This document shows positions 46,374-55,119 of a stretch of 60,327 nt of DNA, piece by piece. The translations under genes were made by a program, and so were the position numbers. The stretch covers positions 1 through 60,327 of IMG/VR virus record IMGVR_UViG_3300032288_004972; one strand, given 5' to 3'. Numbering within the stretch: position 1 is the first letter of the stretch; each line of letters opens with the position of its first letter. The notes beneath the pieces were generated by a model. It made no database searches. It was not told the origin of the DNA and saw only the letters and a program-made list of their open reading frames with translations. Origin of the DNA: a virus (Duplodnaviria; Caudoviricetes).

Positions 46374-49300
46374 TGGACAAGTCGGCGCGCGCAGCACTGT
46401 TGACGCTCAAAGGGATCGCCCGCGAAAAGCTGCAGGCTGGCGGCAAGCCGAAATATGTTGAGCGTGCGTTGCCGCCGTCCCCGGCGTTGGTCCAGTTGAA
46501 CGATGGATCAATGAGCGGGTTCGATCCGACGGAAGCCGCGTTGCGCATCGTCCGTGAGTTGAGCATTCCGGTGCCCATCAAGCGCTCGTCCGCGCAAGCC
46601 GCTCCAGAGCCCCTCCAGCGGCAGGAGCCGATGGCCTATGCGCCCGCCCAGCGCCGGGAGTCTCTGCGCCCTCTGCCCCCGTCCACGCCCGCTGCAATGC
46701 CGCTTCCGAGCCCCGAGCCCGTCGAGCGCGAAGAAACGCTCTGGGACATTTACAATCGAACCGGCAATGCGGCGGACTTCGTGCGTGCTGACGAGGAGAT
46801 GATGGCCCGCCAGCCGATGCAATATGGCGGCGTGCCGGAGGAAGGGGAAGTTCCGCGCAACTTCGCTGATGCGCAACGGATGATGGAAGAGCGCCGGGCA
46901 GCAGAGCTCGCGCAATCCCAAGCCGCATTGCAAGCGGAGCTCGGCCAGCTTCAGGCAACTCCTGAATGGCAGGCGAAGACCGCTGAAGAGATCAATCGTC
47001 AGAGCTTCTCCCCGGAGCGCCTGCAATCGATGACGCCTCCGACCACGGCGGAATCGCTGGGCCTGCCGTCATTCACGACGCCGCAGCAGCAAAACCTCGA
47101 GAGCAACAATGCGGTGGCCATGGCGCGGGCGCTCGAGAATGCGCAGAACCGACAGGAGCTTGGCGCGGCGCTGAAGGAGACTTGGCCCGTCAAGTTGGTT
47201 GAGGACACGGTTGCGGCCGCAAAGATGCCGGGCGAGGCATTGGCCGGTCGCTTCGATCCGCAAAAGGACCCTGAGCGTGCTGTCAAGGGGATGTTCGACC
47301 TCGCAGGCGTCGTCACGTCAGGCGGATTGCCGCTTGCCTCGCGCGATCCGAACCAGCTGAATGTTTTGGCAGGTGTGCGGGCGAAGACAGCGGACACCAA
47401 AAAGCTCGAGCTTGCGCAAACGATGCGTGATGAAGGCGTGCCCGTCGAAAAGATTTGGCAGGAAACTGGCTGGTGGAATGCGCCGGATGGCAAATGGCGG
47501 TTTGAGATTCCGGACCAGTCGATGGAAGTCGGGCATATTCCGCGTTTCGCTGCCAAGCCGATGGAAAGCGCGATCATTCATCCGCAACTGTTCAAAGCTT
47601 ACCCTGAGTTGCTCGACATGCCGATTCGGCAGCAGGATCTTGGTCTTGACGGTCCCGGCGGATTCTATCAACCCGGCCCGAACAACACTCTCGGTTACAT
47701 TGTTGTCAACTCGCAGCTTGATCCGGAGCGCGCAAGGTCTGTCGCGTTGCATGAAATCCAGCATGCCGTTCAACACATCGAGAAGTTCTCAGCGGGCGCT
47801 GCTCCCGAAATGTTCCAGTTCGATGCGGCGACCATCAACAAGCTGAAAGAGAACCGCGCCGCACTTGAGCAAGCGTCCGATGTTCACAACCTCGTCGCTC
47901 AGGGCTACAATTTTGACGACGCGCTCGCTGCGTTGAAAAAGTCTTACGGCGAGGACTGGCTTCCGCAGGCGGACCAATATGCATTGGCCGATCCGCAGCG
48001 CCTCGCAAAGAACATCGACGACATCAACCTCGCCCTTCAACTGCCGCGCCGTGGCGGATTGGAAGGATACTCGAGGACCGCAGGCGAAGTCGAAGCGCGC
48101 AATGTTCAAGAGCGTGCGGGTCCGGGACCGCGTAATCCTGATTACGAAATGTACTCTCGAGACCAAATGGAAGCGAACCGCGAGCAATCTCCCGGCATGA
48201 CGCAGGAGTTTGGCCCGCGTGAGCAAGTGTTCCGTTCGTGGGATGATCTTTATGGCGCTCCGTCAATGTCCGCCGCGCCAGAGGCTCCGCCCCGCAATCT
48301 GAACGACATTGGCCTTTATTCCTTCGGCCAAGAGTCCGCCGCTGCTTTGCCGCAGGCACGCGGCACTCCGCAACAGATGAAAGCAATGCTCGAGCGCGCG
48401 GGCGTCAAGCCTGACGAACTAAAAGGCTTCGACGAAGCGTTCGCAGGACAAAAGCAGATCACCCGTGAGCAGGCGGCTGCGTTCTTTGAAGAGCGGATGC
48501 CAAAGATTGAGGAGAAGGTGCTTGGGGCGAGACCTCCCTTGAATGCTGACGAATTGTTTGAATATGAAACTTTAAGTCGGCGGTTTAATGATCGCGATAT
48601 GAGCCTAAATCTTGACGACGCCACAAGGATGGCCGAGTTGCAAATGAAAAAAGACAGGCTCCCGCAGGCGTTTGCACCTTCAAAATATGAAGAATACACC
48701 ATCCCCGGCAGCGAGAACTATCGTGAAGTTCTTTTGAAGCTGCCTCCGCAATGGCAACCGAAAATTGAAGAGAAGTTCGGTCGTTTCGGTTTCACTGGCC
48801 CGGATGGGCAATATCGAGAGTATTGGACCCGACAGCAAGCAGAGCAGGCCTCTCGTTCTACTCTTCGCATGGATGCCTCGCAGTTCGTTTCCTCTCACTG
48901 GGACGACCCGAATGTTTTGGCTCACCTTCGAATGGCCGATCGCTATGGGCCGAATGGCGAGCGCATGCTGCACGTCGAGGAAATGCAATCCGATTGGGCG
49001 CAGGCGGGGCGGAAGGAAGGGTTTAAAAAGGACGGCCCTGATCCTTACGAGGAATATCGCGCATTCACCAAAAAAATGAACGAGGACTGGATCGAGCAGC
49101 ACGCAAAACAGGCGTTCGAGAATAATCCGGGAGCTTTCGACAATCTCGATGCAGCAAAAGAATTAGCAGCTGTTGCAGCGCGCGGAATGACGGATGATCG
49201 TATGGCCGCAATCATGGGCCGATCGGAAGAATTCAAAAGGGTTTACGACGCGGTTAACAAGAACCGAGTAAACTCCGCCCCCTACGTCACCAACACTGCC

Positions 49301-50563
49301 GCATGGACAGACCTCTCGCTGAAACGCATCCTCAAGGAAGCTGCCGACAACAATTACGACTCCGTTGTTTGGACGCCGGGCAAGCAGCAAGCCGAGCGCT
49401 ACAATCTATCGAAGCAGATCAGCGAGCTTTCCTACGACCCTTCGAGCGGCACGATTTATGGATACAGAGAAGGCCTCGACCGGCCAATCTTTGAAAAGAA
49501 AGCGACGATTGATAAGCTGCCGGACTACGTTGGCAAGGAAGTCGCTGAAAAACTCATGAACCAACAGCCGAATGATTATGGACGTTTCGTTCTGCGTGGC
49601 CAAGAGATGGACGTTGGCGGCTCCGGGATGAAAGGCTATTACGACAAGATCGTTCCGGGCCAGCTGCAAAAGATGCTCAAAAAGCTGGACCCGAGCGCCA
49701 AGCTCTCGACATATTCGCTGATGGACCCGCAAGCTGCAAGAGACATCGAGCGCGCCGAAGCGGCAATCAGAAACCTTGCACCGATCCGGGCCAACTGGGA
49801 GCGGAAACTGTCCGAGCCAATCGCAGAAGCCGCGAAGCAACAGGCTCGCGAGCAGATCGCACAGATCGATGGCATGTTTGCGCAACGCCGCAAGGAAATC
49901 GAAGACGCGAAAAAGAAAACAATTGAGATGATGCAGCTTCAGATGACGCCTCGGCTGCGGGAGGCAGTCCGCAAGGGCCTGCCTGCGTTCAAACGGGGCG
50001 GCGCGGTTCAACCGACGCAGGCGCAGATTGACGCCGGGAATTACAAGAAAGACCATCGTCGTTTTGCTGGCCTCGATATTGCGATTGAGAATAAAAAAGG
50101 AACAATGCGGTCCGGCATTGACGGAAGCGGAAAGAAATGGTCTGTGCAGATGCCAGCCGACTATGGTTACATCAAGAGAACTGAAGGCGCAGACGGAGAC
50201 CATGTTGATGTTTATCTCGGGCCAGATGAAAAGAGCGATCGCGTTGTCATTGTGAACCAGCGCGAATTGGGAACGAAAAAGTTCGACGAGCACAAAGTTC
50301 TCTTGGGCTTCAAGACAAAGCGCGATGCCTTGCGAACTTACATCGATGGATTCAGCGACGGAAAAGGTCCGGAGCGCGTTGCCTCAACGCAGGACCTTTC
50401 GATTGACGAATTCAAAAAATGGCTCAAGAATGGCAACACGAAAAAGGTTGCCACCGAGAACGCTATCGACAAGGCACTCAAGCTGACAAACCAATTCGGC
50501 GCTGGCGCTGCACAGAAAGCCGTGAAACTTGCACGCAGCACCACCGGGGACGCCCGGAAATAG
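46373..50563 (+). CDS. Large polyvalent protein (LPD23-like, zincin HEXXH, inorganic-pyrophosphatase-like domain)
   Basis: WQETGW..APDGKWRFEI; LHEIQH...GEVEAR; EEMQSDW domain; GNYKK...IENKKG...YGYI..TEGADGDHVDV. Confidence 0.8.
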   Translation: MDKSARAALLTLKGIAREKLQAGGKPKYVERALPPSPALVQLNDGSMSGFDPTEAALRIVRELSIPVPIKRSSAQAAPEPLQRQEPMAYAPAQRRESLRPLPPSTPAAMPLPSPEPVEREETLWDIYNRTGNAADFVRADEEMMARQPMQYGGVPEEGEVPRNFADAQRMMEERRAAELAQSQAALQAELGQLQATPEWQAKTAEEINRQSFSPERLQSMTPPTTAESLGLPSFTTPQQQNLESNNAVAMARALENAQNRQELGAALKETWPVKLVEDTVAAAKMPGEALAGRFDPQKDPERAVKGMFDLAGVVTSGGLPLASRDPNQLNVLAGVRAKTADTKKLELAQTMRDEGVPVEKIWQETGWWNAPDGKWRFEIPDQSMEVGHIPRFAAKPMESAIIHPQLFKAYPELLDMPIRQQDLGLDGPGGFYQPGPNNTLGYIVVNSQLDPERARSVALHEIQHAVQHIEKFSAGAAPEMFQFDAATINKLKENRAALEQASDVHNLVAQGYNFDDALAALKKSYGEDWLPQADQYALADPQRLAKNIDDINLALQLPRRGGLEGYSRTAGEVEARNVQERAGPGPRNPDYEMYSRDQMEANREQSPGMTQEFGPREQVFRSWDDLYGAPSMSAAPEAPPRNLNDIGLYSFGQESAAALPQARGTPQQMKAMLERAGVKPDELKGFDEAFAGQKQITREQAAAFFEERMPKIEEKVLGARPPLNADELFEYETLSRRFNDRDMSLNLDDATRMAELQMKKDRLPQAFAPSKYEEYTIPGSENYREVLLKLPPQWQPKIEEKFGRFGFTGPDGQYREYWTRQQAEQASRSTLRMDASQFVSSHWDDPNVLAHLRMADRYGPNGERMLHVEEMQSDWAQAGRKEGFKKDGPDPYEEYRAFTKKMNEDWIEQHAKQAFENNPGAFDNLDAAKELAAVAARGMTDDRMAAIMGRSEEFKRVYDAVNKNRVNSAPYVTNTAAWTDLSLKRILKEAADNNYDSVVWTPGKQQAERYNLSKQISELSYDPSSGTIYGYREGLDRPIFEKKATIDKLPDYVGKEVAEKLMNQQPNDYGRFVLRGQEMDVGGSGMKGYYDKIVPGQLQKMLKKLDPSAKLSTYSLMDPQAARDIERAEAAIRNLAPIRANWERKLSEPIAEAAKQQAREQIAQIDGMFAQRRKEIEDAKKKTIEMMQLQMTPRLREAVRKGLPAFKRGGAVQPTQAQIDAGNYKKDHRRFAGLDIAIENKKGTMRSGIDGSGKKWSVQMPADYGYIKRTEGADGDHVDVYLGPDEKSDRVVIVNQRELGTKKFDEHKVLLGFKTKRDALRTYIDGFSDGKGPERVASTQDLSIDEFKKWLKNGNTKKVATENAIDKALKLTNQFGAGAAQKAVKLARSTTGDARK

Positions 50564-50573
50564 GAGCCATGTC

Positions 50574-52046
50574 ATGAGCGAAGAAAGCAAGCGCCTCCGT
50601 GCGCAAATGAAAAGCAAGGCTCAACGCCTCGCGAACATGAAAGACCAGAAGGTCGACAGTAGCGATTGGTCTCCGGCCGAGCCGCTGAACGCTGACGTCA
50701 AGACAGGCATGCGTCCGATTTCGCGCCGTGCCTTCAAGTCGGGCGGCAAGGTCTCGGGCGACGATTGCGCACCGCGCGCTGACCGTATGCCGCGCAAGTC
50801 GGGCGGCGAGGCAAAGTCCTGGATGGATGCGAAGATCAATCGCAACGTCAAGGACGCCAATGAAGAGCGTGAAGGAACGAAACACATTGGCGGAATGAAC
50901 AAGGGCGGTCGCGCTGCCAAGAACAGCGGCGGCTTCTCAACGCAGAAGAACTCCAACGAAGAGATGAGCGCTGCCGATCAGGCTCGTGCTGCAGCGGCTT
51001 CAAAGGCCGCTTCGCAGAAGGCGCAGGAAGAAGGCGCTTATGGTCGCAAGGCTGGCGGTCGTGCGAAGAAGTTCAGCGGCGGCAGCGCACTGAAGGCAAT
51101 CGGCATGGGTGGCGGGCTTCTTCCGGCGGCAATTGCTGGTTTTGCTGGCGACGACGAAAAGGACGGGAAAAAGTCCGGCGGTCGCGCGAAGCACAAGGAC
51201 GGCGGCGAGGTCAAATACGGCCCGATGGAAATGCCCGGCGGTAAAAAGGGCGCGTCTGAGGCCGAGCAGCGCCGCACCGAAAGTCGTCAGGAAAATATGT
51301 CCAAGCCTTCACGCGGCAAGGCCGGGCACTACGCTGATGGCGGCTACATGAAGTTCAAGGGGGAGCCCGTCATTCCCGGCATGAACAAGGGCGGACGCAC
51401 CGCACGCAAGGACGGTGGCCCTGCTTCTGAGGCGGTTGATAGCCGAATAAATAAAAAGTATGGCAAAGACGCATCACAATACGATGCAGTTCTTGGCGAG
51501 TATCGGCATAATGAAATCAAAGAGAATGTTCGCCGAGCGGAGGAAGAAGGCGCGACCCCTCGCAAAGCGGGCGGACGCACCGCACGCAAGGACGGTGGCC
51601 GGGCCAAGGGCAAGTCAAACATCAACATCATCATCAACGCCGGGAAGCCCGCGCCGGAAATGCCTGCAGGCGGCGTAGGACCGGCGAAGCCGCCAATGCC
51701 TCCGATGCTCCCTCCGGACCTCGGTGCGCCCGCTGGGGGGCCTCCGATCGGCGCAGGCGGGCCTCCTCCGGGGATGCCAATGCCCATGCCTTCTGCTCCG
51801 CCGCCGGGAATGCCTCCGGGAATGCCTCCGGGCATGATGGGCCGGAAGACCGGCGGGCGCGTCCGGTCATACAAAGACATGACTGCGGGAGCAGGCTCGG
51901 GGGAAGGTCGCCTTGAAAAGACCGAAATCCAGCGCTCGAAGCATGCCAGCGGCGGACGTGCAAAGTCCTACAAAGACATGACCGCAGGCGCGGGCTCAGG
52001 CGAAGGTCGCCTCGAGAAAACTGAGATTGAAAAGTCTCAGCGCTAA
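50574..52046 (+). CDS. Disordered basic protein with 15 xxxGG repeats and a Pro-rich region
   Basis: AGGAG RBS; repeats counted by eye; duplicated C-terminal SYKDMTAGAGSGEGRLEKTEI. Confidence 0.8.
   Translation: MSEESKRLRAQMKSKAQRLANMKDQKVDSSDWSPAEPLNADVKTGMRPISRRAFKSGGKVSGDDCAPRADRMPRKSGGEAKSWMDAKINRNVKDANEEREGTKHIGGMNKGGRAAKNSGGFSTQKNSNEEMSAADQARAAAASKAASQKAQEEGAYGRKAGGRAKKFSGGSALKAIGMGGGLLPAAIAGFAGDDEKDGKKSGGRAKHKDGGEVKYGPMEMPGGKKGASEAEQRRTESRQENMSKPSRGKAGHYADGGYMKFKGEPVIPGMNKGGRTARKDGGPASEAVDSRINKKYGKDASQYDAVLGEYRHNEIKENVRRAEEEGATPRKAGGRTARKDGGRAKGKSNINIIINAGKPAPEMPAGGVGPAKPPMPPMLPPDLGAPAGGPPIGAGGPPPGMPMPMPSAPPPGMPPGMPPGMMGRKTGGRVRSYKDMTAGAGSGEGRLEKTEIQRSKHASGGRAKSYKDMTAGAGSGEGRLEKTEIEKSQR
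51389..51600 (+). repeat. Perfect 32-bp direct repeat (51389-51420, 51569-51600)
   Basis: gggcggacgcaccgcacgcaaggacggtggcc twice. Confidence 0.9.
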
Positions 52047-52082
52047 AAAGATTCGGGGGCCTGCAAGTCAGTACCCGATGAA

Positions 52083-52151
52083 GAGCCGGGCGGGAGTCAT
52101 GCCTCTTCGCCCGCCCGGCTCCGATCCCAGAAGAGGCAACGAAGAGGCAAA
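52083..52151 (+). promoter_or_regulatory. Candidate cis-regulatory RNA pseudoknot over an RBS
   Basis: 12-bp stem 52083-94/52110-21; loop tgcctcttcg complementary to cgaagaggca at 52140-49. Confidence 0.6.
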
Positions 52152-52349
52152 ATGTTAACGCACTTGAATCGATCCATTGTGATCGATCTTGAAACCATCT
52201 TAAGAGAAGAGATGGAAAAAATTCGGACAGAGCTTGAAAACGGCAATTGCGACATTGACCGTTACAAGTTTTTGACCGGACGCCTTTCGGCCATCAGGGA
52301 ATTTCCTGAATGGATCAACGAGGCAACCAAGAAAGCAGAAAACAACTGA
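52152..52349 (+). CDS. Small conserved head-region protein
   Basis: YKFLTGRL motif; precedes GroES-like gene. Confidence 0.65.
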   Translation: MLTHLNRSIVIDLETILREEMEKIRTELENGNCDIDRYKFLTGRLSAIREFPEWINEATKKAENN

Positions 52350-52362
52350 AAGGAAGAGGCAC

Positions 52363-52755
52363 ATGCCAGCAATGGTGATGGAACATACAGTCGACCCAAA
52401 AACGGCACTGTTGAAAGAGATCGGAGACTTGTCAAAGATCGAGATTTTCAACAACCAGCTGCTTGTTGGTATTTATGTCAGGCCAGAGAAGACCAAATCC
52501 GGGATTCTTCTCGCAAGCTCGACGCGCGAAGAGGACAAATGGCAAGGCAAGGTTGGCCTCGTTCTCAAACAAGGCAAGAATGCATTTGTCGATGATGCTG
52601 GCAAATGGTTCAAGGATGTCAAAATCTCGGACGGAGACTGGCTGGTCTTCCGTCCGTCCGATGGATGGCAGCTAACAGTCAACAACGTGCTCTGCAGAAT
52701 CCTTGAAGATGTCGATGTGCGCGGGCGCATTGATCACCCCGATAAGGTATGGTGA
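52363..52755 (+). CDS. GroES-like co-chaperonin
   Basis: PEKTKSGILL mobile loop, GLVLKQG, GDWLVF, CRILEDVDV. Confidence 0.85.
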   Translation: MPAMVMEHTVDPKTALLKEIGDLSKIEIFNNQLLVGIYVRPEKTKSGILLASSTREEDKWQGKVGLVLKQGKNAFVDDAGKWFKDVKISDGDWLVFRPSDGWQLTVNNVLCRILEDVDVRGRIDHPDKVW

Positions 52756-52760
52756 ATGTC

Positions 52761-53699
52761 ATGGCAGATGTGAAAGACGAAATCGAAATCGCGATCGATG
52801 AAAGCAAAAAGCCAGAGTTGAATGAAGAGGTCGTCGTTGAATCGGCCGAATCAAACGAGCAGGTCGAAGAAAAATCTGCGCCAAGCGTCGAAGATGGCGT
52901 CGAAGCGCTGAAAGCGCAGCTTGCTCAGGAGCGCCGGAGGGCTCAAGAGGCCGAACGCCGCGAGCGAGAGGCCCTTCAAAACGCAAACAGGGCGCAAACG
53001 GACGTTCACGAGACGAATATTCGCCTTGTGGACAATGCAATCGCGACAAAAAAGCAAGAGAGCGCCTCTCTAAAGCAGCAATATCGCGATGCTCTGATGA
53101 ATGGCGACTACGACACGGCTGCAGAGGCCCAAGAAAAGATGGCCACAACGGCTGCACAGATTTTGCAGCTTGAAAATGGCCGTCAAGCGCTTGAGAACGG
53201 GCCTCAGATCAGGGAAATGCCGCGCCAAAACGACCCGGTGCGCGCTTTTGCTGAAGATATCCGTTCAAGTGGCTATCCTCGCTCTGCAGAATGGATCGAA
53301 CGCAATCCGCAATTCGTTACGGACCCACGTTTGAACCAGAAAATGGTCGCTGCTCATAATCTGGCAATTGCAGATGGCTATCGAGCGGACTCGGATGAGT
53401 ATTTTGCGGCGATTGAGGAGACTTTGCGAATAAAAAGCCCTGTACCTGCCCGCAAAGAACGGACAGAAAGCGTTGAAGAGGACGCAAGCGCTGGCGCAGC
53501 GCAAGTTGTTTCGCGCCGCTCTGGTTCTTCGCCCCCGGCTGCGCCTGTTTCGCGCCAGCCTGTCAGCAATTCTGGCGACCGCCCCAGCGTCGTCCGGCTG
53601 ACCGCAGAGCAGCGAGAAATTGCTGCGATGAACGGAATGACTGAAAAGGAATACGCGCAAAACCTTCTGGCCTTGAAAAAAGAAGGCCGTCTCAACTGA
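52761..53699 (+). CDS. Scaffolding protein-like
   Basis: Acidic N-terminus, coiled coil, C-terminal VRLTAEQREIA..GMTEKEYA helix; upstream of capsid. Confidence 0.7.
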   Translation: MADVKDEIEIAIDESKKPELNEEVVVESAESNEQVEEKSAPSVEDGVEALKAQLAQERRRAQEAERREREALQNANRAQTDVHETNIRLVDNAIATKKQESASLKQQYRDALMNGDYDTAAEAQEKMATTAAQILQLENGRQALENGPQIREMPRQNDPVRAFAEDIRSSGYPRSAEWIERNPQFVTDPRLNQKMVAAHNLAIADGYRADSDEYFAAIEETLRIKSPVPARKERTESVEEDASAGAAQVVSRRSGSSPPAAPVSRQPVSNSGDRPSVVRLTAEQREIAAMNGMTEKEYAQNLLALKKEGRLN

Positions 53700-53710
53700 G
53701 GAGAAATGCT

Positions 53711-54247
53711 ATGACACCTTCTGAAAAACTTCGCAAGACCGCTGGGCAAGAACTCCGCCCGGACCTTCGTCCCGAATTGCGAGACGACGACCCGCGCGCC
53801 CGCGCAGCAAAGCGTGCGGCTGAGATTCGCCAGAACCTCGGCGGCTCGATGGACGATGGCACGGATGAGTTTGCCGCGCCGCCCCCGCCGGACGGCTGGA
53901 CCTATGAGTGGAAGCGCAAGGAGGTATTTGGGAAGGAAGACCACACCTACCAAACCTCTCTCCTGCGCAAGGGCTGGGAGCCGGTTCCGGCAGAGCGTTA
54001 TCCTGAAATGATGCCTGCGGGGAACTATTCGACCATTGAGCGCAAGGGTATGATCCTTATGGAGCGGCCCAAGGAGCTCACGGACGAAGCCCGCGACATC
54101 GAAAAGCGCCGCGCTCGCCAGCAGGTTCGCGTCAAGGAAGAGCAGCTTGCCGCTGCACCTCCCGGTCAGTTCGAGCGCTCGAACAAAGACAACTCCTTGG
54201 CAACCGTCAAAAGGTCGTTTCAGCCTATCGACATCCCGAAAGACTGA
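53711..54247 (+). CDS. Conserved head-region protein
   Basis: PPDGWTYEWKR, GWEPVP, GMILMERP. Confidence 0.65.
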   Translation: MTPSEKLRKTAGQELRPDLRPELRDDDPRARAAKRAAEIRQNLGGSMDDGTDEFAAPPPPDGWTYEWKRKEVFGKEDHTYQTSLLRKGWEPVPAERYPEMMPAGNYSTIERKGMILMERPKELTDEARDIEKRRARQQVRVKEEQLAAAPPGQFERSNKDNSLATVKRSFQPIDIPKD

Positions 54248-54292
54248 TCCTCGAGATAATAAGAAAATACTGGAGCTTTTCGCTCCTCACTG

Positions 54293-54343
54293 ACCCTCTC
54301 AGCCTCCTCCTCCTCCCCCTCCCGGCTGAGGGGGTTTTCTTTT
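54293..54343 (+). terminator. Terminator-like hairpin with a Cuckoo-type CCUCCUCCC loop
   Basis: Stem 54293-304/54324-35; loop tcctcctcctccccctccc; U-tract follows. Confidence 0.65.
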
Positions 54344-54408
54344 GGCATAAGTTTTCTTTTTGCGATCCCTTTTCTTTTCTTGTTTTATCAGAGATACTCA
54401 TGGCGTTC

Positions 54409-54497
54409 GCCCTCCACGATGCGCAGGGCAAAACCTTCCCGGTTCTTAGTCGCCACGATGCGCGATGATGGACCTCCTTTTAAGAGGAGAACCCGTC
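54409..54497 (+). promoter_or_regulatory. Structured leader of the capsid operon with two identical ccacgatgcgc motifs
   Basis: Motifs at 54414-24 and 54453-63 in hairpin loops; ctcct/aggag pairing over the SD. Confidence 0.6.
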
Positions 54498-55106
54498 ATG
54501 GCGAACACCAATGCGCCTTTCGGTTTCCGGCAAATCAAGGGTACGGGCTCTGCCCCGACTTTTGAACAGTCTGTACGCAAGATTAAATCTGACAACACCA
54601 CGGCAATCTTTTTCGGCGATGCGGTCATCCCGCTGACGACTGGCTACATCGGTCAGGCAACGGCGAGCACCGTCCGCATGGAAGGGATTTTCGCTGGCTG
54701 CAAGTACCTCTCCGTTTCGCAGAAGCGCACCGTTTGGTCCAACTATTGGCCCGGCTCGGACGCCAATGGCGACGTAGAAGCTTACATCATCGACGATCCG
54801 AACGCGCAGTTCGTTGTGCAGTCGAGCGACGTTGGCGGCACCTCGCCGATCACCTTTGCTAACATCGGCGAATACATCAACATCGCTGTTGGCACAGGCA
54901 ACACGGCCACCGGCATCTCCGGAATGACGATCGATCAGGACACGCTTGCTACCACGGCAACGCTGCCCTTCCGCATTGTCGGTCTCGTTGAAAATCCGCC
55001 CGGCGCGAACGGCACGGACATTGCGTCCGAGTACAATCTCGTCATCGTCGCCTTCAACAACGCCTCGACCCGCACCAACGGTGCTGGCCCGACTGGCCTC
55101 GCCTAA
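54498..55106 (+). CDS. Capsid-associated (minor/decoration) protein
   Basis: MANTNAPFGFR, IFFGDAV, DDPN motifs; immediately upstream of MCP. Confidence 0.7.
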   Translation: MANTNAPFGFRQIKGTGSAPTFEQSVRKIKSDNTTAIFFGDAVIPLTTGYIGQATASTVRMEGIFAGCKYLSVSQKRTVWSNYWPGSDANGDVEAYIIDDPNAQFVVQSSDVGGTSPITFANIGEYINIAVGTGNTATGISGMTIDQDTLATTATLPFRIVGLVENPPGANGTDIASEYNLVIVAFNNASTRTNGAGPTGLA

Positions 55107-55119
55107 GGAGTAGGGACCA

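Noticed and set aside
51505-51512. GGCATAAT as another copy of the promoter motif
   Set aside because: Inside a CDS and lacks the upstream TTTTCT element at the right spacing
52363-52755. GroES without GroEL as a novelty
   Set aside because: Phage-only co-chaperonins are well known (e.g. T4 gp31)
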